Assembly: GCA_004431415.1 (NCBI GenBank)
Contig: QPMI01000458.1
Location: 1 to 51,264, forward strand
Direction: 5' to 3'
DNA: 51,264 bases
Source of the DNA: Cyanophora paradoxa CCMP329
Lineage: Eukaryota; Plantae; Glaucophyta
Numbering within the stretch: position 1 is the first letter of the stretch; every line of letters begins with the position of its first letter. Below, in pieces: positions 1 to 12,660 of the stretch. A model generated the notes under the pieces. It was not told the DNA's origin and ran no database searches. It saw only the letters and a list, made by a program, of their open reading frames with translations. The position numbers and the translations under genes are program-made.

Positions 1-1249
1 TCGAGCGTCGGGGCGGCAGGCGGTGCTTGCGGCGCGGCCGCCGGTCGTCTCGTTCGGCCTCTCGGGGCGCATCCAGCCCCGCATCGAGTACCTCGCGGGC
101 CTGGGGAAGGGCCCCGCCGACGTACCCCTGGGCCCCGCCCTCCACGCCACGGACGAGGACTTCGCGGCCGAGGTGGCCGGTACCCCCCTGGAGGCCTGGC
201 TGGCGTTCAAGGGACCCTCGGCCGGCCCGGCCGGCCCGGCGAGGCGCCGGCGGTCCCGGGAGGGGCCCCCGGGCAGCATCAGCCCGGGACGAAGGCAGCC
301 GCGGGACGGCTCCTCGGCCTCGGGCCGGGGGCGGGCGGCGAGGCGGGAGGGGCGGGAGGCCCCGGGCGCAGCCTCGAGCGGCGAAGAGGCGGAGGGGCGG
401 CCGGCGCGCGGAGCCGGCGGACGAAGGGAGCCGCGGGCCGGGGACGGAGGCATCCGGAGGGGAGGAGGCGGCGGAGGGCGGCCGGCGCGGGGAGCCGGCG
501 GCCGCAGGAAGGCCGCCGGGGCGGAGGAGGGGCAGGAGGAGGCCTCGGCCCCGGCCGCAGGCGAGGGGCGGCCGCGGGCGCGGGCGCGGAGCGAGGGGGC
601 CCCGCGGCGGCCGCGCGGGGCGGCGGCCCGCGGGGAGGAGGCGCGCCCGGCGCCGGCGCCGGAGCCGGCGCCGGTGGAGGCGTCGCAGGTGCAGGCGGCG
701 GAGGCGGGCGGCGCGGCGCCGCCGCCCCGCGGGAGGAGGCGGCGGCGAGGAAACAGGAGTCCGGCGAGGGCGCGGCGGGCCGGCCGGGGGCGACGAGGGC
801 GCGCCGGGGCGGCCCCCGCCCTGCTCCTGGCGGACTGGCGGCTGCAGCGGATCCCGCGGAGGCGCCGGGCCCGGCGGCCGGCCGGCGAGGGCGAGGGCGA
901 GAGCGAGGAGGGGTCGGCGTCCCCGCGCCGCCGGCGGAGCGCCTCAGGGCGGGCCGGCCGGGAAGCGCGGCGGGCCGGGGCGGGCGGGGGCGGGCGGGGT
1001 CGGTGGCGGCGGCGGCGGCGGCGGCGGTGCGGCGGGCGCGGAGCCGGCGCTTCTCCCTCGTCAACCTCGTCTTCCGCGGCGAGGGCGGGGGGCCCGAGGG
1101 GGCCCCGGGGGGCGCCGGCGGCGACGAGGCGGCGGCCGGCGGCGACGCCGGATCCGGCCGCGGGGCGTCAATGCCGGGCTCTGGTGATCGTCCGGCCAGG
1201 GCTTCCCCTTAGTGGGCTGTTGCGGAAGACTCGCTTAGTCATTGGCTAA
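1..1249 (+). CDS. 3' part of an mTERF-family gene followed by a low-complexity tail (5' end outside the window; exact stop uncertain)
   Basis: PPVVSFGLSGRIQPRIEYL...LHATDEDFAAEVAGTPLEAWLAFK (about 23-215) matches the C-terminal mTERF pattern P..xSYSLE.RI.PR..YL...L..sDeeF of plant/algal mTERFs; the rest is GC-rich low-complexity sequence. Confidence 0.55.
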   Translation, partial: RASGRQAVLAARPPVVSFGLSGRIQPRIEYLAGLGKGPADVPLGPALHATDEDFAAEVAGTPLEAWLAFKGPSAGPAGPARRRRSREGPPGSISPGRRQPRDGSSASGRGRAARREGREAPGAASSGEEAEGRPARGAGGRREPRAGDGGIRRGGGGGGRPARGAGGRRKAAGAEEGQEEASAPAAGEGRPRARARSEGAPRRPRGAAARGEEARPAPAPEPAPVEASQVQAAEAGGAAPPPRGRRRRRGNRSPARARRAGRGRRGRAGAAPALLLADWRLQRIPRRRRARRPAGEGEGESEEGSASPRRRRSASGRAGREARRAGAGGGGRGRWRRRRRRRCGGRGAGASPSSTSSSAARAGGPRGPRGAPAATRRRPAATPDPAAGRQCRALVIVRPGLPLSGLLRKTRLVIG

Positions 1250-2754
1250 CGTTTTCGTATCAGTTTATTTTCAGCTTAGCGCTAGCTACGTTATTTAAGG
1301 ATTGAGGAAGTCCGGGGCCGTGATCATGAGCTCAGACACCGGGCAATCGGCGAGTTCGATTCAAGGCCCGGCCGGGAAGGAACTTCGGAAAAGGAGGTAG
1401 CGCTAGCTATACTACTGCTATAGCTCGCTATAGCTAGAAGCCAGGCCGCCGGGCCCAGCGTCCGATTGACCCAAAGATCATAGGTCAGCTGCAACGACAT
1501 AGCTAGATTGACCCATCATAGGAATATATATATATGCTCTTACATATATCTTAACCTACGCACAAACCCGACCGACCTGCAAAACCGTAGGTCGGCCTTT
1601 AGGTCAGAATGGGGGGTCGTCTAGATCGGCCCACTTTGCGGCTCAGGCCTGGGGTTTTGGAGCATGCGCTCTTGCATGGTTGTAGCCAAGGCATCGGAGA
1701 AGCCTCAGAAGCATCAGCCGACAGGGTTTCTTGCAGCTGACGGGGAAGAATCGCTGTCAAACTTCCGGCTCGATTCGCGGGCGGTGCGCGTCACAGGCGG
1801 CGAGGAGACGATCAGGAAGCACGTAAGAACGATCATGTCAATCCTAATCGTCGCGTGAGGCTTCCTTCAACCCGCAGATCTGGAATCCTCGAACCTGCGG
1901 ATCGTGAGAAGAAGGCACGGACGAGCGGCGAACAATCGGCAGGTACAAAGGATCATCGGATTAGAGCGCTTTTATCGTCCGAACTCTGGCGTCCGAACAG
2001 AGTCGCGCGCTCTTGTGAAGAGGGCCGGGGCTTTTCAACGCGCTCTCTTCTGTGTGGCTTTCCATCACTTCTGCAGCTTCGCCGCTATGCAGCTCTCCAT
2101 CTTCTCCGCTTCGCGGTTGTGCACAGCTTGCGCTTCTTGCGCTGCCTGCGCGTGCTGGTGCTGGTGCTGGTGCCGGCGTTGCTCGGCGCCGAGAACCTAT
2201 CGTCCGAGCCCTCAGGTGCTCCTGCCCGCGCCTGCCCGTCCCGAAGCAGCGCTGCAGTGGTGTCGACTTCTGGTTGACGTCGAGCGCAGCGCTGGCGATC
2301 TATCGCGAGTTCCCCAGTATGCTCAATCTCCAGGTCCGCCGCCGTCCCTTCAGCTGCAGCTGGCTTAGGTCCGCTAGCTTAAAACCCGACACGAACTGGC
2401 CCAGGCATTTGCGCTCTCCAGCTCCCTGGGCCGGGCACGTGACTCCGGTCAATCACAAGCCTCCGTCCCTCCGCCCGTCTCCTTCACTTGCGTCCCGCGG
2501 CCGACTTAAGAGCCAGATTCCGCCGCCTTCCCCGGCGCTCGAGTTCAAGCCCCCCGCTATCCCGCCTGACGTTTCTCGGCACCCGCAGGTCGTTGCGGCG
2601 GTACTCTACCGAAGAAAATCGAAGGATCACCAGACTTTTTCCAGAAATTAATCAAAGAAAAGCATGTAATAATAGAAAAGAAAAGCATGTACTTATAATT
2701 AATAATAATATTCGGCAATAATAATGATCAAGCCGACAAGCCGAAGGGGGGTAG

Positions 2755-3400
2755 GGGGTAGACAAGTCCAAACAAGTCTGACCCCCCTTCCCCTCGGACT
2801 TGTCTGGACCCTTCCCCCCCCCCCCCCCCTCCCCCCCCATTTTAATTTCCCGTCCCCTCAGACTTGTCTGACCCCCTTTAGACTTGTCTGAAGCCCCCCC
2901 CCCCCCCCCCCCGCCCCCCTTTCCCGTCCCTCAGACTTGTCTGACCCCCTTTAGACTTGTCTGAAGCCCCCCCCCCGCCCCCCCCGCGAGATGCCCAGGC
3001 AATCATAATGATTCGAAGGGTGGGGGGGGGGGGGAGACTTGTCTGACCCCCCTTCAGACTATCTGACCCCCCTCAGACTTGTCTGACCCCTCAGACTTGT
3101 CTGACCCCCCTTCAGACTTGTCTGAACCCACCCCTCCCCCCTTAGACTTGTCTGACCCCCTTCCCCCCTTAGACTTGTCTGACCCCCTTAAGACTTATCT
3201 GACCCCCCTCGGACTTGTCTGACCCCTCAGACTTGTCTGACCCCCTTCAGACTTGTCTGAACCCACCCCTCCCCCCTTAGACTTGTCTGACCCCCCTTCC
3301 CCCTTAGACTTGTCTGACCCCCTTAAGACTTATCTGACCCCCTCAGACTTGTCTGACCCCCTCAGACTTGTCTGACCCCCTTCAGACTTGTCTGAACCCC
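2755..3400. repeat. Minisatellite of palindromic TCAGACTTGTCTGA units separated by C-runs, with a ~135-bp higher-order period
   Basis: More than 20 copies of (t)cagacttgtctga(ccc..); the variant gaacccaccctcccc recurs at ~3124 and ~3259 and in similar form at ~3394. Confidence 0.9.
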
Positions 3401-3802
3401 CCCCTCCCCCCCCCCCCCCCCCCCCCGACCGCGGCCGCGCCCCCGGCCCCCTAGGGCTCACAGTGGAGACGATAGGCTCACCACGCGAAACAGTTCGACA
3501 AGTGCGCATTTTCTTTTGACTTCAAAAGAATATTTACAATTTGTCTGCGCGACCCCCCCCCCCCCTCCCCCCCCACCCCCGGCGGATCTAGACCCCCCCC
3601 CCCCCCCCCCCCGCGATACACGCCGTCTAGCCTACGAGGCTTTACGCTTTGCCCGTCTAGCCGATGGGGCTAGATGCCTACTGGGGGAAGACATGCGGGG
3701 TATAATGTATAGCCCAGTTGCCTGGGGATGATTAGATTCGTCGCCGATTGCGTGGCATTATTGATTCTCAGCACAGACCGGTTGGCAACTCCGGCGAGCG
3801 GA

Positions 3803-6800
3803 ATGGATCCAGCGACGCCACACGAGGCGCCAACGACGCCGCCTGCTTCGGGCGGCACTGGAGCAAACGGCGGGTGCGCTGTGCTGCGCGGCCGGCCGTG
3901 CGCGCAGCCTGCCCAGCCGCGCGCGCAGCTGGCGTGCTGACGTCACGGCCATCCCACAGAAACAAGCGGAAATCTCCCTCGCAAGCGTTGCTTGACGGCC
4001 CCGGCCCCAACAGCCGACAGCGCCTCGACATGGACACTACAGCAGGCAACACGCTCGTAGGCCAAGCGGAACACACGTGCGTATTGACCGACTCGTCCTT
4101 TTCCCTGAAGGATCTGACCTGGCGTGCGCGCCCTGCGCAGCAACGGGTCGCCGCGCTCCCTTTCCTTCCAAGGCCGCGCGCTCCCTTTCCTTCCAAGGCC
4201 GCGCGCTCCAGCTGGTAACAGCGGGGCATGCCTAGGTGACGACGAGCTGGAGGATGGATTCGAGGCGGAGGGCTCGCCGCTCGCAGTCGCGGCCGGCGCC
4301 CCGGTGCGCGTTTCAAATTTGATCTGCCGCGCCGACCCACTCACGGCGGCCCCGCCGCAGATTCCTGCCGCGGCTCAGTCTGAGGGCGACTGCGAGGGCC
4401 ATCGCCAAGGTCCAAGTAAGCCCAAGCCGGCGGGCCGCCCCCCCGCGCCGCCGCCGACACCGAACGCATGTGCAGGCGGCGACCTTCCCTCTGGCGCCCA
4501 GCCTGGCAGCACAGAGAACGACGCCAATCGCGAGGGCCTAATCCCAGGTCTTCGCCGCCCCCCCTCCCCCCCCCTCCTCGCGCCGTATATGCCGCTCCCC
4601 CAACCCGTGACCGCCGCTAAACCAAGTCACCGGCGCAGTCACCGGCCTTGGAGCAGCCATGGCGCTTTCTGTCGGCCGCCATAGCGCCCCGGCCGCGTTC
4701 CCCGCCAGCGGCACTCTCCCGGTCCGATTCTCCTATCTTTGAATTCTTCTGTTCGCCGTGAACCCCTTCTCCTTCTTCGGAACAGGAATCTGGCATCGCG
4801 GGTGCGCACGGCAACGGCAACGAGCAGGATGCTATGGGCATCGAGGGCATCATCCTGCCATCGGGCGTCCACGAGGCCGCGACCGCCCCCACGGTTTGTG
4901 CCTGGACTTCCATTATCCGATCAATGCTGCTTTCTTATATTTACGGCTATCCTCTTCAGGAGCCGGGCAGGTTTATCAAGATTGCCGAGGGTTTGGAATT
5001 CAGATCCCTGGACAACGTCGCATACATTCCCGGCAGCGCGGATGTCCCACGTGCGCCCTTACTGGTTTTGCAATTTCTGGTCTAAATTCGATGCGCAGAG
5101 TTTGTGCTGTTCGATCCGAACATCCTGCCGCGTGAGGTCGTCCAGAATCTCCGCTGCCAGCAGTCCAACTGCGGCAAGGTGATGCCCAGCGTTGCTGTTC
5201 TCTCCCACGACTCTCGCCACGCCGGCCTGAGGATCTGTGGGTGCTTGCCCGCCCGGCCCCCTCGTACCCCCCGCAGGATTCCCCACCCCGCTCCCCTTTC
5301 CCCCTCTCCCACCTAATCATTTATCCCACCCCTCTCCTCTGGCTCCACCCCGAGCGCCCGCCTCCTTTCTCCCCGCTCTGGATCCCCCTCCACCCCTCCC
5401 CCCCTCCTCCCCTCCCCTTCCCCCTCCCCCTGCCCACCCCTTCCCCTCCCCCCTCCCCTCCCCTCCCCCGCCCCGCCCCGCCCCGCCGTCCCGCTCCCCG
5501 GCCCCCAGCCTCCCTAATCGATAACGCGCTTTTCTATCCTTGCTGCAGGTCTCACGTCTTCATATGCTCGGATCTCTCCTGCGCCAACTGCCGCTCCGGC
5601 AAATTCACCCACGACGGGTCCCTGCGCACCGCGGAGATGAACGGCCAGAAGGCAAGCGCGCGCTCCCTTCTCCGCTTCGGGCCTTGGCCGCCGACCCTTG
5701 GCCGCCGCGCGCGCAGGTGTTCGAGATCGTCTGCGCTCACGAGAAGTGCGCAAGTGCGGGCGGGCCGGTGATCGTGCTGGCGACCGCGAGCCTCGAGGAC
5801 GAGAACTCCGTGCACTTCACTCTCTTGCGGGCGTACAAACTCCTCTCGTCCTGTACCTTCGCGTACGAGTGCGTTCTCCGCCCGCACCCCCGTCTTCGTT
5901 GCCTCCTTGATCCTGATTCGGTATGCTCCCGCAGCTTCAAGCAGGAGCTTGGGATGTACGTGAAGCGCCCCTCCAACCGCGGCTGCCCGCAGAAGTTCCC
6001 TCCGGGGTCCGACGAGCATATCAAGGTGCACATCTGGATCTTATTTCTAGACCCGGCTCATCGGTTGCGGCCCACTGACCCGGTGCACGCGCAGCATGTC
6101 CTTTTCGGCTGCGAGTTCCGCCCCGAGGAGTGCCAGCACTGCAAGAAGATGGTCATGGTCAAGGACATGATCAGCCACTTGGTGCGCGCGTCGCATTGTT
6201 TTTGGTGCTGCCGCTCTTGCTGACGCTCTCCTCGGGCGCAGATGGAGTGCGAGAAGTGCGGCGCGAAGTACTGCCTCGGCACGGAGGAGCTTCAGAAGCA
6301 CGAGGGCGTGTGCCCGAAGAAGGTCGTGAAGTGCCCGAACGTGGTGCTTGATCTATTATGCGTTCGAATTCCCACTTTGCGTGCATTCAATCCAACGAGG
6401 CTTGGTGTTCGCGTCAGGACGGCTCGCTTCAGTGCTCCGCGGAGTACGAGCGCTGCATGAAGGACGACCACAACAAGGTTTGTGAGTACTGGGAGGTCGA
6501 TTGCGCCGTGCCGGGGTGTGGCGAGAAGGTGCGCGAGAGCGTCGCCGTCGCGGGTTTCTTCTTGCGCGCGACTTCTCGTCTTCGCGCAGATGCTCCGGCA
6601 CAAGCTGCCGGGCCACAACGAGGAGAAGGAAGTGCACCACCTTCGGCTCGAGCTCGAGGTCCGTCTCCTGCGCCTCCCGCCTCTAGATGTTGCCCCCCGC
6701 TTACCTTGAGCACCCAGCTCAACAAGGCCAAGACCGCGGACCTGCAGGCCAAGTATTCGGCCCTCGAAGCCAAGAATTCGGCGCTGGAGGCTGATGCCGC

Positions 6801-7473
6801 GGCCGCGATAGCCAAGACCGCGTTTGTGGAGGCTGTGGTCGAGCAGACGTCGAAGCAGGTAACCCTGGCCCTCCCCCTGGAGCGCGGGGCCTTCGCCTGA
6901 CGATGGGGGGCGCAGGTGGGGGCCCTCGAGGCCCTCGGGGGCCTCGCGACCAAGGCCGCCCTCGAGGCCGCGAAGGAGGAGATGACGCAGGTGCGCGCCC
7001 CTCGATCCCCTCACCCGTCCCCCGCCGAGCTGAGCGGCGTAGCAGAAGGTGCTCCACAAGAACGCCGACCTCGACCTCGTCAAGGAGAACTTCAACAGCT
7101 TCAAGGCGACCACCGAGACCCGCCTCGGTGGCCTCGAGACCAGCGTCCGCCAGCTGCAGGTCCGCGCTGCTCCCCGCGCGCCGCCGCCCTCGTTTCGGCC
7201 CCTGAGCGCCCCCGCAGGAAGCGGGCCACGAGGAGAACAGCTGGGACGCAGCGAACGTCGCTGCCAGCCCCGCGAAGAAGTTGGTGCGAGAAACAATGCC
7301 CCGCCTCCACAATGGCGACTAGCGCATCGCTAACGGCTGCGGGGCGGGGCGGCGCAGCGGTCGGACACCAGGAAGGCAACTGTTGCCAAGGAGGCCAGCA
7401 AGGGGGCCAGCCCTTCGCCTCAGCAGGTCGGGCCGCGCCCGGGCTCGTCCTAGATAGACAAGCGTCGGATTGA
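3803..7473 (+). CDS. Multi-exon RING-like / TRAF-type zinc-finger / coiled-coil protein
   Basis: Exons joined across short introns give LRCQQSNCGK..SHVFICSDLSCANC..., HVLFGCEFRPEECQHCKKMVMVKDMISHL, CEKCGAKYCLGTEELQKHEGVCPKKVVKCPN, HNKVCEYWEVDCAVPGCGEKMLRHKLPGHNEE (TRAF zinc-finger spacing), then heptad-rich LQAKYSALEAKNSALEA. Start and stop are approximate. Confidence 0.65.
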
Positions 7474-7572
7474 ATCTAGAACTAGAGATTGTTTTAAATA
7501 TGATCACATATAAACGTTGACACATTGACACAGCCGGGGCCCGGTTCCGGGGTGAGCGTGCGGCGAGCATTC

Positions 7573-9164
7573 ATGATCAGCTCACGCTCCTGCGCAGCTG
7601 CTCCGAGAGAGCGCCTGCGCAGCTGCTCCGATCGATCTGGATGTAGAGACGCCAAGACGCACGGCGACCCCCGCATCGGATGTTCCCCTCTCGTCCTCGG
7701 TGCGCCGACGGTGGCCGCGCGCGCGCGGGTTTCCCTGGACGACCATCTGCAGCCTGCTCACATCGTGTCGCAGAGAAGCAGGCGCTCGGCAGAGCGCAAG
7801 CTCTGCCGGTCACCGGATGCGGAGCCGTCGGTTGCAGGAGCTCGCGATCGAGCCGCAGCCATCGATATCGCGCAGGCCGACAACGTGTGCAACGCGAAAA
7901 AGCTGCAGCTAGCGCAGGCGGTCAGCAGAGTAAAAAAAGCGCTGAGAGATAGGAGCGGCGAGCACGACCGCCGTGAAGTCTTCGTCGGCTTCGATCGGAT
8001 CTTCGATCGGATTCTAGAGGAGGTGAGCGGAGTACTCGGTAGACTAGCGAGCACTGCCCCGCTGACTTTCATTCTCGCCACGTCGACATCGCAGGTTTTA
8101 AAATTTTTGCCCGTGTCGCATCTGGCGCCGGCCGTGATTCGGTTCCTCGACACTGTGTACCGGCTGATGTACGGGAGGGGCCTGGCCCTGGTGGAGGGGA
8201 GCACGGAGGGCGACGAGAGTGAGACGAGCGCGGAGTTGGAGAGCGAGGAGAGCTGGGTCTTCGTCAGTCGGGATCCATCATCATCAGTCAGGGTGCGACA
8301 AGACATGGCCGTCGTGTGCGTCCGTGCGCGCATGGCTCGCGCCGATCGGTACTGACGGCCGCGGCAGGAACGCCGTCCTGCACGCGGAGTGGGCGGCCGC
8401 GGCGCCCGAGCGTGCGCTCCGCCTGCTCGACAAGGCGTTCGAGATCGCGCTGGCGGCGGCGGTTCCGGAGGAGGGTCCGAAGAGGAGGAAGAAGAAGCCC
8501 ACGAAGGCCAAGAGAGAGACTAGGAAGAGGCTGGAGCACAAGGGGTACAAGGCGATCTCGCTGCTGTACCGGGCCTTCTTCGAGCAGCGCTGGGCCGCCT
8601 TCCTCGCCACCCGGTGCGCGGCCCCGGCCCCGGCCCGCGCTCGAGCTGAGTCGACGCTGACCGGCGCGCGCGCGCGGGCGAGCTCAGGGAGCGCTGGGCC
8701 GCCAACCTGAAGAGCATGGGCGTGACGGAGGAGCAGCGCGACAACGCTCGGCTCTACGTCGAGAAGGCCCAGGCTTCAATCGAGCAGGAGGGGGAAGGCA
8801 GCGCCCCGTCCGACTCGTCGCCCGCCCCCGCGCTTCCGTGCGCGCCGGGCCTCGAGCTCCCGCCGGGCCCCCACCCCGGCTCCCTCTGACCGGGCCGCGT
8901 GCAGGGGGCGCGAGGGCGCGAGCTCGAGCCCCGCCGCGGCCGCCGCCGCCCGGCGGCAGCGTCGGCTGCGCCGCGCCCGGCGCTGCCATCGGGAGGCCCC
9001 CGGCGCCTGCGCCGCAGCTCCGCCGCTCGGACGCCTCCTCGAGCCTCTGCCCCGCCCTGGCCCAGCCCGGGCCCCCGGCTCCGCGCTCGGCGCCGCTCAG
9101 GCCCAGGTTCCCGTGCGCTGTACCCCTCTCGAGCCTCATCGCACTCCCGCCCCCCCCCTCTTAA
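7573..9164 (+). CDS. Uncharacterised multi-exon protein, copy A (paralog of 16.7-18.0 kb)
   Basis: Blocks shared with copy B: VFxGFD, QDMAxVC, HxEWAAAAPExAxRLLxKAF, YxAISLLYRAFFEQRWAAFLATR; host-style introns. Boundaries approximate. Confidence 0.5.
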
Positions 9165-9608
9165 GTCTCGCGCGTGCACGTGCGCATGCACAGGACCGGA
9201 TGAACGGGAAGCCCCAGCTGCAGCGTGGACGAGCCGACCGTCAGCTCGAGACGGCGCCCCTTTCACCGAATTCAACCCAGCCCGCCCGTCCTTTTCAGCT
9301 TGGTTGAGTACTTTATGATCACGATTATGTACACGGGCAAGCCATCCCGGAGCGGGAGCAGGGAGGAGGGCGTAGGGGGGGGGGGCGAAGGGGGGGGAAA
9401 GGGGGGGGGGCCTAGACGCGGCTAGGGTCGGATGATTAATACGTATACGTATACTTCGGTCGGCAATTGAGTCCCGGGTCGGGGCCTAGAGGGGGCGGGT
9501 GTCGGCTGAAGCCGGCGTATTAGGCCCACCGTACCCCGGTGTAATGTAGATCTGTAATTCATATTGATAATTAGGTCGGGCGCGCCAAGGTCGGCCGACG
9601 CCGGCGGG

Positions 9609-11035
9609 CTAGAGGCGGCGAGGCGCGGCGAGGGAGCGGAGGGTGTCGTCGATGGCGCGCGCCTCGCGCACGCCCCGCAGCGCCTTCACCGTCTCCACGA
9701 ACCGCCGCGCCCGCTCCGCCAGCTGCAGGGGGGCGGGCCGGGGGCAGCGAGGTGAGGGCGGCGGGCGGGGCGAGCCCGCGCTGTCACTGCGCCGGGGGGG
9801 GCGAGGAGGCAGGGCCGGCTCGAAGTCATGGCTAGCCTCGAGAGTTGGAGCGGCTAACGGCTAGACCCGCCCAAGCCTCGGCTAGCCCCCCGCTTACCTC
9901 GGCGTCGGTGTCGGAGAGGACGGCGGGGCAGCACGCGTCGTGCGGGATCAGCACCGACCCCGGCCGCCTGCCCCCGCGCCCGGGTACCGTGAGGGCGGGG
10001 GGGGGGGGGAGGGGGGGGGGGGGGGTAGGGCGCACTCGGGCTCGACGATGGCGGCGGGGCCCCGCGGGAAGGCGCCCCCTGCGGGGGCACAGGGGCCCTG
10101 CGGGGCGGGGAGCGGGGCGTAAGCTAAAGGGCGGAAGTCGAGAGCGCGTGGGCCGCGCCGCGGGGCGGCGGGCGCACCGCGCAGGAGGAGCCGGGGGCGC
10201 AGGATGACGGGGCGCAGGAGGAGGAGGGGGGGGGAGGAGGAGGGCGGGGCCGGGGAGGCGGCGAGGCGCTCGCGGAGGCGGTGGGAGGGCGGAAGCCGAG
10301 CGGCGGGGCGGCGGGCGCACCGAGCAGGAGGAGCCGGGGGCGCAGGAGGTTGGGGCGCAGAAGGAGGAGGAGGGCGGGGCCGGGGACGCGGCGAGGCGGT
10401 CACGGAGCCGCTCGAGGGGTACCTGCGGGGGCAGCGAGACGGGCCCCGGCTCCGGCGCCGCGCAGTCCGTGCAGCCGAACGCCGAGGCGCAGTGCACGCT
10501 GCCGGAAAGATCAGATCAAATCGCGAGCAGCCAAGCGCGTCTCGAGCCGAGCTCTCGTTCGGGGCGGGCGCACACGTAAGAGGCGGAGAGGATGTCGTCG
10601 GCGAGGGCGACGCAGTCCTTCCCCGCGTGGAGGCGCGCGGTGAAGCGGCGGCCCTCGGCCGCCACGTCGAGCACGAGGTGGTCCTTCCTGAAGAGCGGCC
10701 GCTTCAGGTCCTGCTTGTCGATCGCCCTGAGGGCGCGGGAGGAAGTGAGCGGAACTTTTGATCGGCCGCGGATTCGGGCCGGGCTTCAAGGACGCACTCG
10801 AGCGGTATTTGAAGCGTTTCGAGCTTCGCGGGAGGTCGGTTCGGCGAGAGCGCGATGAGGACGGGCTCGCGGAGCGCCATGACGAGGGACTTGTCGGTGA
10901 CCTGGACGCGCTCGCAGCGGATGGGGAGCTTGACGGGCTCTCCCTCGGGCACGCTGAACTCGAGCTCCGCTCTCGCGTCGCTGAACACGCGGCGACGAAG
11001 CCGGCCGGCGCTGGAGAGGAGCCCGAGCTCGCCAT
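9609..11035 (-). pseudogene. Uncharacterised multi-exon gene, copy A, frameshifted relative to the copy at 18312-19579
   Basis: Near-identical to 18312-19579 (FSDxRAELEFSVPEGEPVKLPIRCERVQVT...LAERARRFVETVKAL) but the frame is broken near 10992 and 10738, and ~10140-10380 carries an internal duplication. The indels could be assembly errors. Confidence 0.5.
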
Positions 11036-12219
11036 CTTCGATGGTCGCTGACCGAGTTCGGGGGCCGACGCCCGCTCGCCAAAGCGATTCTAGCCAACTC
11101 CATATCTAGAGGTCGCTGCGTACGACGCGCTCGCAGCGGATGGGAAAGGATGGGTAAGCACGAGGCGGCCGACCTAGAAGCGCGGTGGGGACTCCAAATG
11201 CTCAGGCTCAGGAGCGCTCGGGCCGGGCTCAATGCGCCGCGCGACTGCGGGCTCAGGAGCGCGCGGCGCTCCACTGCTAGTAAGCCTACGAGGTCCGTGC
11301 GCGGCGCGCGGTGCTGCAAGCCTACGAGGTCCGTGCTAGTACTTCTGGTTCTCCACATGACAGTCAATGTCAGTCATGACCTCTGGGGTACGTCGTCACT
11401 CTGCAAGCACATTGCAGTTCGGGAAACGTTCGTACCCCGGTCTGCGGTACATCGTTATTTGGATCTGCAGAGCGGCATGCGCATGGGTACGAAGTGCACA
11501 GTCGACGATGAAGCGAGCTCGGTGAAGCCAGTAGATGCACAATCCTTGCACTCTTGACCGTCCACGCAGGTGCGAGGGCGATCGGCCGGCGACGCGTTCC
11601 CGTGCACGGCCTAGCTATATATATAGGCGATTTACGGCGCTTCACGGGCCAGGCGACGGGCGCCGGCGAATTCGATTCGCGCCCGCTTTTGCATACGATT
11701 CCGCCGCTTTCGTGGCTCGATTAACTCGAGCGCAGAGCGTCCCGGCAACATCAAGCTCGCTGTATTGACCGTTCTCCCTTGGGCTCCTGCGCTGCTCTCG
11801 CTCGGCTTCGCTCAGAGACTGCGGGGCCGCGAAGAAAACGTCGAGACGGGAGCTCGGCTGACACTCGGGATCCCGGAGGCCATCGCAGCTTCTCGGACTT
11901 CAGCCGAGCTGCCGTGAGGAGCATGCTCTGCGCTCTCTCGTCGACGTCCGTCCCTTCACGCCGCAAGCCTCGCCGCTCTTACGGCGGCCCCACAGACTGA
12001 CTCTGCGAAGCACGTCGGGGACGGCCCCGGCGCGGGCGGTGCGCGTGGGCCCTTTCGTGCTCCGGCCCGGCTCACGGATCACGACAGGGCTGTTCACGTC
12101 GCTCCGCGCTGCCGCGACGTAAGGTACGGAGTCGGACCCGGCAGCATCATCTGCGGCCAGGGGGCCTCCTTGCCCGCCCTAGTGACCGCGACCTAGTGAC
12201 CCTAGTGACCCTTCTACCC

Positions 12220-12660
12220 CTCTCCCACCGCCTCCGCGAGCGCCTCGCCGCCTCCCCGGCCCCGCCCTCCTCCTCCCCCCCCCTCCTCCTCCTGCGCCCC
12301 GTCATCCTGCGCCCCCGGCTCCTCCTGCGCGGTGCGCTTGCCGCCCCGCCGCTCGGCCCACGCGCTCATAACTTCCGCCCTCACGCCCCGCCCCCCGCCC
12401 CGCGCCGCAGGGCCCCTGTACCCCCGCCGTCCCACGGGGCCCCGCCGCCATCGTCGACCCCGAGTGCGCCTACCCCCCTCCACTCCGCCCCCCACCTCCC
12501 TCACCGTACCCGGGCGCGGGGGCAGGCGGCCCGGGTCGGTGCTGATCCCGCACGGCGCGCGCTGCCCCACCATCTCCAACACCGACGCCGAGGTGCGCGT
12601 GAGCGCGGGGCCAGCCCCTCGCTCATGGCTAAAGACCATAGCCGCCACTAGCCACCCTAG
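12220..12660 (+). repeat. Inverted partial third copy of the central exons of the 9609-11035 gene
   Basis: ctcccaccgcctccgcgagcgcctcgccgcc...gtcggtgctgatcccgcac...accgacgccgaggt is the reverse complement of ~9890-10290. Confidence 0.8.

Noticed and set aside
1664-2651. Possible spliced gene
   Set aside because: Splice-like signals exist, but I could not build a coherent product or recognise a domain.
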